Assembly (NCBI RefSeq): GCF_006345805.1
Contig: NC_042998.1
Location: forward strand, 126,480,001-126,544,000
Length of the DNA stretch: 64,000 bases
Origin: Octopus sinensis
Lineage: Eukaryota
Direction: 5' to 3'
Under the pieces are notes generated by a model, which ran no database searches, was not told the DNA's origin, and saw only the letters and a list, made by a program, of their open reading frames with translations. The position numbers were made by a program, and so were the translations under genes. Positions 42,411 to 54,621 of the stretch are shown piece by piece. Every line of letters begins with the position of its first letter. The stretch's first letter is position 1.

Positions 42411-45200
42411 AGAAGTCATGGAAGGGACACACAAATATCAGTAGCCCTTGGTTTTGAGTTCAGTTCATGTTGTAAGTTGGTTTTGTTTGATGTCTTCATT
42501 TCTGATTTTCCTACTAACTGACTATGTATTAATTGCCATACATACTGATTTCGACCTGGGAACCAAGGAAATTTATTGCTCCACCTCATTTTTACAAAAT
42601 ACCACCTTGCAACTCATTGGGTAATAAACCAATGTGAGAATCTCTACAAAATCACTTGATTTGGGCTCAGTGTTGCAATTAGATACAATCCATATAGACT
42701 ATGACAAGATCTTTAGTTTAAACAAATATCTTGATTGCATCTGAAAGAAGGCCATGCTGCTGATTGGCAATGACTCACTGACCAGCACACTACAACCTCT
42801 GGCACTTTTTTTTATCTGTGTATATATATATATATATATATAAAAAGCATTAACACTATTTCAGATTGCTACAACAGTGACCTGTGCTCCTCTGAACTAA
42901 CTAGTTACATGCTATCTCTTCACCATATTCATTCAGCACATACCTCTCTCTCTCTCTCTCCCTCCCTCCCCCCCCTCTCTCACTCTCTCACTCACTTTAT
43001 TTCTCAACTTTTACACAAGCTGCTTTTTCCAATCCTTCTTTCCCCAGAAATCAGTCCTTTAGAATTCCATTTTATAATTTTAGTTTTCCCTACAGATATT
43101 GGTATACTGTTGTTGAAGCATAAACCTCAATTTCACCAGTCTAGGAAAGCTTGCAGAAGGTCATTGATGAAAGTGTATGTGCACGTGTGTGTGTGATGTG
43201 TAGAATTTCAATTGAATGCTACTGTATATAATGTCTATTCAAGAAGAGGTGAGTAGAGCTATTCACTAGCAGTAACAATTACAGTATGGATCACCTTGTT
43301 AAGCCATTAGGTCTACTCTGTTTAAGCAGACCTGTAATCAGAAGCATTTCAGCCATGACCACCTGGTCTGATACTGTAGGTTGTGATAAGAGGGAGATTG
43401 GTTCTTTTTTCTATCAAGCCAAGGATTTTACATAGAGGGTCAACAGTTAAATATTTGCAGTTGAAAGGGCATCCAACTTAGAAATCATGCTAAAGTTGGA
43501 GTTTGGTGCAATCCTCTAACTCTCATTGCCCCTGTTGGACCATCCAATCCATGCCAGCATTAAAAATGGGTTGTAAATGATGATGCGGAAGATGTTGGTG
43601 AAAGTTCTTTGAATTTAATTCTTGGATTTCAACCAAAAAGTCAGAGTGAAATGTTATGTTGTGTTACATTGGAGTGTAAGTGCCAATTTCCACCTTAGAA
43701 ATAATTAGTTAGTTGTAGAAATTTCAAGAAAGTTGTGAAAAAGCAAATGCTTTTTGAAGTGGATATCATGTTATACCTCTCTGTTTGATATTGGTGCATA
43801 TGGTTGAAAGGTAGGTATTGCTGCTGTATGATGTAGAGAGAGAGAGAGAGTTCTGTAATTTGGTTAAGTTTCAGTCAAGGATTCCAGATGAAGATAATGA
43901 TCTGAATGTGCAACTGGTTAAGGAAGGGCTTTGACTAATCAGCACTCAGTCCAGTCACATTATGATGATGATGATGTATCCAATTTAGCAGCATCATCAT
44001 CAGCAGCAGCCGTTGCCACCACCATTAGTGTTGGCTACTGATGCTGAATTGGGTATAAGGCCAGTTGTTTTGAGGAGAGGGATTTGGAAAATACTATTGA
44101 CCCCCCCCAAAAAAAAAGGTCATTATCAGTAAGATTCGAACTCGCATTATTAAGAGTCATAACCAATATATAGCAGGGCATTTTATCCAATGCTCAAATG
44201 ATTTTGTCAACTTGCTGCAATAATAATAATAATAATAATGATAATACTTTATTACTTCGTCACAAGGCCAGCAATTGTGAGTGGTGGGGAAATTGATTAC
44301 ATCAACCTGAGTGCTCAACTGTACTTATTTTTGTCGACCTGAAAGGATGAAAGGCAAAGTTGACTTTGGTGAAATTTGAACTCAGAACACAAAGCTGGAA
44401 GAAATGCACAAGGCTAGAAATTTGACTGGAGGCAAGGAGGAGTGAGTTGGTTATACCAACTCTTGTACCTGATTCTTACTTTATTTTAGTAATCCTGGAA
44501 GAATGAAAGGCAAAGTTAAACCGTAGCATTTTGTTCAACTGTCTCGTGATCCTTCCATATAGAGATGTAAAATAGTAATAATGAAGTTAGCAAAAATGAT
44601 GATGATGATGATTGTTGTCATCCTCATTATCATCAAGTTAGATGTCTCTATCAAAGCTTATGAAAAAAATATTTAATAACTATGATTTTCATTTCCATAA
44701 ATAGGAAAAATTGCTTTTTCTTAAAAAAAATGTTTGCTTTGCTGCTAAAGAAGGATTCTTTTTCTGTTTGTTCTTCTAGTTCAGTTCTCAGCATGATATA
44801 CCTCTGTTAATTCATTAGTTTTATTCATATGGCAGTATCTTCTCTCTTGAACTAGATTTGTCTGTCATTTTTTTTTTGTCTTGTTCTGTTGTGGATCCTG
44901 AACAACAATTGATTTGTCTGTCTCAATTGTTTTCAAGTTGAAATTTATAAGAAAGGATAGAGTACCTTTTGTTAGAATTTTAATGAAAATTTTTTACCGA
45001 ATTGTCCAGAAATCTGAAGTTATTGCAGTTACCAAGGTAACTGTTTATTAATCCTACTGTAGTATTTAACGTAATTTTTTATTTTCTTTTTTTAAAAAAT
45101 TCTTTTACAAAAATTCTTCTTGTAGTTTTCATCTTCTGTCCATTGTATTATAATTCTGGTTAAGAATAAAAACAAGAGACATGCATGCACACACACTCAC

Positions 45201-45252
<52 letters not shown>

Positions 45253-47923
45253 TCTTTTGTTCTTGGTTTCTATGTTTGATTAGATATCAGCTATTGTTGT
45301 TTTCATGCTTTATCTCCTTCAACTCCACTCTAAGAACTGTTTTTGATTTTGGAATAGATGTCTGTCCTAGTCTATTGGAAACTTTGTTTTTACCTCTTTG
45401 TTTTTTTTCTTTGGTTTTTATATTTAGCAAATTTCAGTAAAATTTGTTGTTTTTCTTTTACCATAGTAGCTATTCAGCTGTTTTAGAAATCAAACTAAAT
45501 CCAAGTGGAATTGTGCAGTTCTTATTCTTGTCTTCGGTTGACCACCAATTGTAATTAAATCAGTAATGTTTAAATATTCGTGAGCTTTTCCTATGTTAAG
45601 CAGTACTTCATCATATTTTCTAAAGCTGTCTGCCTAGTTGTATTTCAGTGTTTCTGGAAATGGTGCTATTAATTTTTTACTATGATAATTTTTATTTCTA
45701 CCCACTCACTTTGCTTTTCTGTCTCTTTCTCTTGTTCTCTAGCTATCTTTCCTTCTCATTACCATGTCAGTTTCCTATACAGTTATCTGCTTCTCAAAGT
45801 GACATTTATTTCAATAGATTTTTATCTTTTTCTTTCTAATTTATCCATATCTCTTATATCTCTTCTTAATAAATGATGCTGATGGTTATAAAAATAAAAT
45901 AAATAAATAAATAAAATATAATTCTCTGCTGGAGGTAAATAGAGTTAATTGAGCACAATGAGGGAAGGGCACATTGGGAATATGAAGTAATGTTTTCTTC
46001 ATTCATTACAAGAGTGTAAAATTCTCCTATTACAAACAACAATATGGGCTGTGATTACAACAAATTTAATAATAAGCACCTTATTACTCCCAACTGCTTG
46101 CTGCAAGAACATAATATCCTCAGTTGTAAAGGACATTGGCATTGGTCCTCTTGAACCATTGACCTGTTTGATTATAGTCTCTCTAGCCCCCCAGTATCTG
46201 CATTTTATTTCAATACCCCCCCCCCCGTTAGATTGTCAGTCTCAGGGAGTGTTTCTTTCTGTATGACATACATGCTCATATTCCTCCACCCATTCTTTTC
46301 TACTCTAGGCACAAGGCCCGAAATTTTTGGAGAGGGGTCCAGTCGATTAGATTGGCTCCAGTATGCAACTGGTACTTAATTTATCGACCTTAGTGGAATT
46401 TGAACTCAGAACATAAAGACATACGAAAGGCTGCTAAGCATTTTGCCTGCTGTGCTAACGTTTCTGCCAAGACACTCATGTATCCATACATACACGCAAC
46501 TGTATGTACAGACACATTCTCTCAAATAGTCATACATGTACAGTTGAACTATGTTGCACATTCTCATACTACTACCTAGGCCTTGACACTCAATCAGTGA
46601 TATTGTTCATGGGCACTCATGTACTTCACTGACACTCATTCACTGTTACTTACTAGCACTAGCTCAGTCACCTACTCACAGACACTCATTCACTGACATT
46701 AGCTTACTCAGGCACTACCCTTACTCAGGCACTCACTCTCTCACTTGATCATAGACATTCACTTGCTCACATTTATGTACTCACTCAGCCTCAAACACAA
46801 ATGCACACACTCAGCGATACTCATTTATTGATACTAATATGCACTCGCATAGTGACTCTTGCAGACAGACTCAGTCACTCAGGGACATTCACTGACACTT
46901 GCTTACAAAAGCACTTGGCTGCTCACTTATTTTCCCTGACACTCACACACTCAGCTACTTGTAGACATACACTCAGTCACTGATGGATACCTACTTACTC
47001 ACACGCTCACATGCACTTACATGAAGCTATGTGATTATACAGTCTTAAAGAAATACATACAGAAATACATATATTTAAATACAAAATCACATGTACTGTG
47101 ACGCATACACATATGCAATATCAGCTTGTGTGTGTGTGTAGGTGTATGTGTTGCAGTACATCATGTAAACTTCAAGTGGAGCCTTTTAATTGCCTCTATT
47201 TCCTTTTCCTTAGTAATTATTATTACTATATATATATTTTACGTGTTAATATCCCCCATTAGTCTAGCTCTGCTGTGGTCATTTTGCTTTGGTCAACCGA
47301 GTTATGTGCTTCTGTCAGTGTTTCTGTCTACTGGCTTCAGACCACAATGAATGTTTACTTCCGAAAGTGTACTGGCAGTGTGGGCTGGTAGAAATTAGGT
47401 AGGAGAATCAGGATGCTCTAGCATCAATATTTATTATGATTATTATTATTATTATTATTGTAGGAACTATGTATAACTGTTTTTATTCGCTTTTCATCAT
47501 CATCATCATCATTGTCCCCAGCATCATCGTCATTGTCTTTGAAAGGTGGTAGAGTGGTAGGGGCTATTGTTTGAGGTGAGATGTTGCCTTACAATATTTA
47601 GTTTATTTTTTTTTTGTTTTTTTTTTGTTTTGTTTTGTTTTCTGAACTCAAACCATATCAGGATTGATAAGAATGATGTTGATTTATGGATTCATTTTCT
47701 GTTATTGCTCTCACCTACAAATGTGTAACCATGTGCAATGGTGGAATTGGTTGATGAAGGACAAAATTTCCTTGTGGAAATTAAGTTACATCTCTTTATG
47801 TCCAGAGTTCAAATTCCACTGGGATTACTTTTACCTCTGATCCTTTGAAAGTCAATTGAATTGGCTATACCCTTTCCCCATGATTTATGACTTTGTGGCT
47901 ATGTTAGAAATCATCATCATCAT

Positions 47924-47979
<56 letters not shown>

Positions 47980-50118
47980 GTAGTGGAATACTACTATTAT
48001 TAATAGTAATACTATTATTATTCAAATCTGCTCTCAGGTAAATTTTATGAAAGGTGGGTGACTATACTAAATTTGTTAACAAACAATGTGACCCTTTAGT
48101 TTCACCTAGTGGTTGCTGCAGGTGGAGGGCAACTGGCATGATAATGATCCTTCATCCTCCTTGAGATATTATCTTCTTTTATCTTCAAGTATTCATACTA
48201 TTACGTACTATTTTTATGTATTATATTTATTATACCTTATGTATTGTCGATCTGTTTATATGTTGGTAATGTTATTTCTTAAATTTTTTTTACTCTTGTT
48301 GCTAATAAAAATAATTGCTGCTTAACATTGCACGTTATAATAATTTAGGTACAAAGTAAGAAATTTTGTGGGGAGGCAATAGTCGATTAAATCTATCCAA
48401 GTACTTCTCAAGAATTAGTGAAGGTATGTGGTCTTGTGGTTAAGGTGTTGGACTCATGATCGTAAGGTTGCGGTTTCAATTCATGGACTGGGTGACACAT
48501 TGTGTTCAGGTGTATTATATAACTGGCATATTTTCTATCATCTTAAGCAGGAGTTTAACCTTGGAAACTAGTGTCTATTTTGTGGAATTTGCACAAGGTT
48601 ATTCAGAACTCTACAAATGTAATAACAGTGTTGATAAGCAAATAGTATTTGTTACTCAATAACAATTTATATATGTTTGTTCGTTTGTTTTATGTCTGTT
48701 TTTCCATGCTTGCATGCGTTGGGTGAATGTTATATGAGGTATTGCTTTACCACCAGACATGCTTCCTGCTGCCAACCATCACTTGTTTTTCAAACAAGGG
48801 ATCTCTTATTCCACATAGCTTTGATGATATGAAGTGACTGGACAATTTTTTAAAAAAGGAATTGACTCCTGCTGCTGTTGTAACTTTAGTACAAGTGATT
48901 GCAGGTGGAAATAATTACACACATGATGGCCTTTTAGTTCATACCTACAAATTCACTTACAAGGCTTTGCTCAGCTATAGAAGAAGACACTTGCCCCAAG
49001 GTGCTATACAGTAAAATTGAACCTGAAGCTAATTTCTCAACCATGTAGCCATGCCTGCATCTTGTACACACACACACAGTTTCTATTTTACATTGCTTAA
49101 ATTATCAAAATTATCATGCTGGAGTTAACTTTATCTCTACCATTATTATATCTATTCCTGTCATCATCATCATCACTTGTGTTGTCATAGTTTCTGCCTT
49201 TCTAATTTCTTTTGTAGCTGATGACAGTGGCATTAATATTTGTAGTATCACTCAGATGATGACAGTAGTCATGGTATTGGTCAGTCGATGATGAATGTTG
49301 TGTGGGTGGTGGAAGTGTTGATGAAGACTTACACGAGCTATTTTGTAATTGTGTGAGAATCAAAGTAACTCATATTGCTTGTGTGTGTGAATGAATGAAT
49401 AAATGAATGAATGAATGAATTATTGTTCAGTATCATTATAAATAATTGATCCTTTCATTTTTAAACAAAGTAAAACTTGATAATGCTAAGTGTATTTATA
49501 TGAAAGAGAATAGAGATATTTGAATCTGTTGAGACTTGTGACATGTTCCTTCTTTGAAATGTTTGAGGTGAATTGTTGTTTATAAAATTATAATTAGTTC
49601 TCCTAGTGCAGATGGAAATATTAAAAAAAAATCTTTAATCTCTGAAGACAAGATTAATAATCTGAAAAATTATCATCCACATTTACTTGTTGAGGCTTTT
49701 GAGTAATGACTACAATACAAAGTATCTGTGATGGAATGTATCTTGCACATTAGATATACTGGCGCACATCAAACTTTGATATCACTTTGAATACTAGCAG
49801 AAATGTATTTTGTGTCATGCTTGTGTGTTTTGATTTGGCAGTGATATGATAAGGTCACAAAATACCGAGAGTGGTGACTGTGATCATCAACGTTGCTCAG
49901 ATCATTTCAAAAGGAAATATTTGTAGTTTATTTTATGATCTGTAAGTGTGACTATGAAATTAATTGTTGGTCTGTCTGGGATTGAACTGAAAGTATATAT
50001 TTAAAAAAAAAAAAAAAAAGCCTCAAACTGTTTTTTGAATTCTAATTGAAGTGAAATCAAAACAGTCAGGCATTAAATGAAATGTACATTTACAAGGATA
50101 TAAATGTAATGTTTGCCG

Positions 50119-50181
<63 letters not shown>

Positions 50182-50217
50182 TGCGTGCGTGTGCATACAT
50201 GTCTGTGTGTGTGTGTG

Positions 50218-51797
50218 TCATCATCATCGTTTGCTTTCTATGTTGGCATAGGTTGGACAGTTTGACTGAGGACTGGTGAGCCAGAAGGCTACACCAGGCT
50301 CAATCTGATCTGGCAAAGTTTCTACAGTTGGATGCCCTTCCTAATGCCAACAACTCCGAGAGTGTAGTGGGTGCTTTTACGTGCCACCGGCATGAGGGCT
50401 GGTCAGGCGGTTCTGGCAACGACCACGCTCAAAAGGTGTTTTTTATGTGCTACCTGCATGTGATCCAGTCCGGCGGCACTGGCAATGACCACACTCGAAT
50501 GTTGTTTTTCACGTGGCACTGGTACATGTGCCGGTAAGGTGACGCTGGCAATGAATGGTGCTTTTTATGTGCCACTGGCACAGGAGCCAATCTGTGGCCC
50601 TGGCAACGATCACGCTCAGATGTGCTTTTAACGTTCCACTTGCCTCAGTAGGTCTTCGCAAGCAAAGTTTATTGTCCAATGAATGAGGGGTACTCATAAG
50701 TGGTTACACCCACTGGCATTCACAAAATACTGAGAGTGGTGACTGTGATCATCAACGGACATATCTCCAAAGGCCTCGGTCACTAGTCATTGCCTCAGTA
50801 AGGCCCAGGTTATTCTTATTCTAACAACTACACTTTCAGGACATCCACCCCTGCTACGGATTGGTCCCCTAAGTAATGGAAGCTATCAACTACTTGTAGT
50901 TTTTTTTCCTGGAATATGACAGAAGATGTTCTCTGCACATTTTCAGTGTATATAGCACCTGAGCATTTGCCACATAAAAACTATCTTCCCAGTTAGCCTT
51001 CATTTGATATTGCTGCACCTCTTATGTGTCCATAGCTTACACTGGGTACATCTTATGGAGTTACTACCTATGCTTTTCCTACAGATTGAGCAGGGCCATC
51101 TACCTGAAGGGATTTGTGGTTTGTCTGCCTTCCTACTTATGAAGACCTTCGACTCTAATCCTTGGTTCCACACCTGAAACTTTTCCTCTAGTTCCGATAG
51201 TGACCCAGCAATTAGAGTAAGGTCATCAGCATAGAGGAGCTCCCAGGGGCATCCTGTTTTGAATTCCTCTGTTAATGCCTGGAGGACCATGATGAATACG
51301 AGGTGGCTGACAACTGATCCTTGGTGGCCCCCTACCTAGAATTCCTCACTGTACTCATTGCCAACCCTCACCTTACTGACAGCATCCCTATACATGGCTT
51401 GCACAGCTCTCACTAACCATTCATCTATCCCTAGTTTCTTCAGTGACCACCAGATAAATGATCGGGGTACCTTGTCAAAGGCTTTCTCCATGTCAACGAA
51501 AGCCAAGTACAGAGGTTTATCTTTGGCTAAGTATTTCTCTTGCAGTTGTCTTACTAGAAATATAGCATCAGTGGTGCTTTTCCCTGGCACGAACCCAAAC
51601 TGCATCTCATCTAGACTGAGTCGCTCCCTAATTAGTTGGGCTATGACCCTCTCCGTGACCTTCATTACCTGATCCAACACCTTGATACTTCTGAAGTTAT
51701 TTGTTCCTAAAGTGTCACCTTTACCTTTGTAGCAGTTGAGTATGGTACTGCTACACCAGTCATTAGGTATGACTCCTTCATGTATCATCTGGTTAAC
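50218..51797 (-). mobile_element. 5'-truncated, decayed RTE-clade LINE (reverse transcriptase, PHD-like finger, 3'UTR, (GAT)n tail)
   Basis: Minus-strand ORFs carry RT motifs IPNDW...YKGKGD...NFRSI, QFGFVPGKSTTDAIF, LAFVDMEKAFDKVPR, ELLYADDL and VVDSFHYLG. There are stops and frameshifts, and a deletion joins ...RIRITWA directly to the 3'UTR. The tail reads tcatcatcatcg at 50218 on the + strand. Confidence 0.93.
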
Positions 51798-51900
51798 TAT
51801 ATATATATAAATGATACTATTTTATATAGAGATTGTTAGCATTAACAATACTCAGAAACAGGCTAGAATCGAAGTGCTCAACTTGAGCTAAGTTCCAATT

Positions 51901-52691
51901 TATAATTTGAATGGAGGAAATGCGAATGGAAAACTAGAGGAACATGACCTATTATCCAGCAGAATATTCAGTATATATGTGTATTTTCTTTGACATTAAT
52001 AAAGCAATATAAGGTTCGAAATAATAGTTGTATTAAAAACATACAAGCATATAAACATATAAATATTTAAAAACATGCAAATATTTTAAACTATTGAAAA
52101 ATACATAGGCATTTAAAAAAATATATAAACACATAAATAGATATAAAAAAACGGCGATATAATATAAGACATAGTGAATTATAAATTCACACGATATGAT
52201 ATAAAGGAATAAAAATTTACAAGTTACAGCACAAGCATATAAAATATTTAAAAACACGTAGGTATTTAAAAATATTTTTAAATGTTTATAAATACGTAGG
52301 CACTTTGGATCCATTGAACATTATCTTTGCATTTTAGTATGTCCTTTTAATGTTTTATAATTTCAAACTTTCCACTGGCCTTCGTGTTGTAACTTGTAAA
52401 TTTTTATTCCTTTGTATCATATCGTGTGAATTAATAATTCACTGTGTCTTATATCATATCGATGTTTTCTATTTTCAAAATGCCTACATATTTTTTAATA
52501 TTTTAAAATATTTGCGTGTTTTTAAATATTTATATGTTTATATGCTTGTCGGTTTTTAATACAACTATTATTTGGAACCTTATATTGCTTTATTAATGTC
52601 AAAGAAAGTACACATATATACTGAATATTCTGCTGGATAATAGGCCATGTTCCTCTAGTTTTCCGTTCATATTGCCTCCATTCAGATTATA
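51901..52691. repeat. Large imperfect inverted repeat (foldback/MITE-like)
   Basis: Arm 51901-~52232 is the reverse complement of ~52384-52691 (e.g. actagaggaacatgacctattatccagcagaatattcagtatatatgtgta vs tacacatatatactgaatattctgctggataataggccatgttcctctagt), with a ~150-nt spacer. Confidence 0.95.
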
Positions 52692-52941
52692 TATATATAT
52701 ATATATATATATATTAATGGTAAAATATTTCTTTACCTTCACCCATTTAATACAATAAGTAAGTTAATTGCATTGCAATTAAAAACACTTGTGTATTAAT
52801 AATTTGGGTGTTATACCAACAGTATATTGGATAAGTATTATCCCTTAGTGGGTTGGATCCACAACCCCTAACTTACTTGGTGTTATATATATATATATAT
52901 ACATGTATGAGAGAGAGAGAGAGAGAGAGAAAAAGAATAGT

Positions 52942-53190
52942 AAAACTGATGAAAAGAGTACAGTGAACATACCATGAGGAGTGGAAATTTTGTTTTGGAC
53001 AGTGTCCTTCTTCAGGGAAAATTTGAAAGGAGAGAAATAAATGAGATAAAGCAGATTTTTACATCCAAGTTAAAACTACTGTCTATCATTTATTTCTCTT
53101 CTTTTAACTTTCCTTGAAGAAAGGTACTCTCCAAAATGTTGGATTTCCCACTCATCACACCAAGTTCAGTGTACTATTTTTATCAAATTT
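52942..53190. mobile_element. Imperfect palindrome carrying two decayed minimal hammerhead-ribozyme-like motifs (Penelope-like element terminal repeat)
   Basis: ~115-nt arms with a ~20-nt loop. Minus strand 53018-52992 reads TCC-CTGAAGA-aggacactgtcc-AAAAC. Plus strand 53111-53143 reads TCC-TTGAAGA-aaggtactctcc-AAAAT-GTT-GGA. Confidence 0.6.
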
Positions 53191-53247
53191 ATGGCATGTC
53201 TTGCTGATGCAGACCAGCACTAGCCTCCTTCAAGCCTGTTTGATTAT

Positions 53248-53285
<38 letters not shown>

Positions 53286-54314
53286 CTTCAGTCATTTGAC
53301 TGTGGCCATGTTGGGGCCCTGTCTAGAAGGATTTTAGTCAAATAAATTGAACCTGGGACTTGTTTTTTAAAGCCTAGTACTTATTTTATTGCTCTCTTTT
53401 ACTGAACTGCTAATTTACAGGTATGTAAATGCACCAGCTCCAGTTCTCAAGCAGTGGTAGGGGACAAACACACACACACATATACAACAGGCTTCTTTCA
53501 GTTTCTGTCTACCAAATCCACTCACAAGGCCTTGATTGACCCAAGGTTATAGTAGGAAGCCCTATCCCAAGGTGCCACACAGTGGGACTGAACCCAGAAG
53601 CATGTGGTTGGTAAGCAAGCTTCCATGCCTGCACCTATATATAAAAATTCTTCAGATATAACCATCAATGGCATAATGATAGTATAGTTGTCAATATATT
53701 GATGCACAAATAAGGAAGATGAGTCCAATGACATTTTTGAATTGCTCTGATTTATTTCATAGGATAAGAATTTAAGCCAAGGTGACTTAAATTTTTATTT
53801 GTATAAAATTATGATTGTACACTGTGATTTGAGATGTCTACCTAGTATAGCACTATGCTTTGATGCAAAATGACAAAGTCTGTTCAATGTAGCCTGTCAA
53901 ATACCCTTGATATTCTCTAGTATCTAAACAGTTTGTATGCCTAATGACATCCTTTTTCAATGCTGAGCCAGTTGACCTGATGTTTTGTATCCATAGCAAT
54001 ATTGCATTCTGTCTAGGCCATATTTTCATGATGGCCTACATTAAAATTCAAACAAAATTTTTTACTGCATTTGAGTGATCGAGTCTCCAATTTTGAAAAT
54101 GTCTCAATCACGCATGTACTTTGACAAAGCATATCATTGCTTCACAGCGAGTGAAATGATATCAACTCTACAACACAAATGATCATTCTAGTTCAGTCAG
54201 TTAAATTATTGCTATTTAAAGAAACACCAGGCTTTCTAGGGCAGACTCTGTACATGCATGTATGCATGCATGTGTGTGTATGTGTGTGTGTTCGCAAGCA
54301 CACATACATAAATA

Positions 54315-54572
54315 CTGTCTCTCTCTCTCGCACACACATATATATGCACATACATACATGCATGTATATATACTAATATATGTTGAAGTGTATGTTTGTA
54401 TTTATGTATTCATTTACATACATACTTGCATCTGTTCACATACTCACACACAAACACAGAACCAGACAAGTTTACCTTGCATTATAATATTATGTTGTTT
54501 CTCTTTGGCAATAATCATGTCCTTCAAAGTCTCCAAAAGTTGAAAGGATTGTGCTGGTGCTATTGTTGTTGC

Positions 54573-54621
<49 letters not shown>

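Noticed and set aside
52033-52559. Two similar ORFs on opposite strands (…CKFLFL.IISCE.IIH…)
   Set aside because: They are a by-product of the inverted repeat arms: AT-rich with no coding signature.
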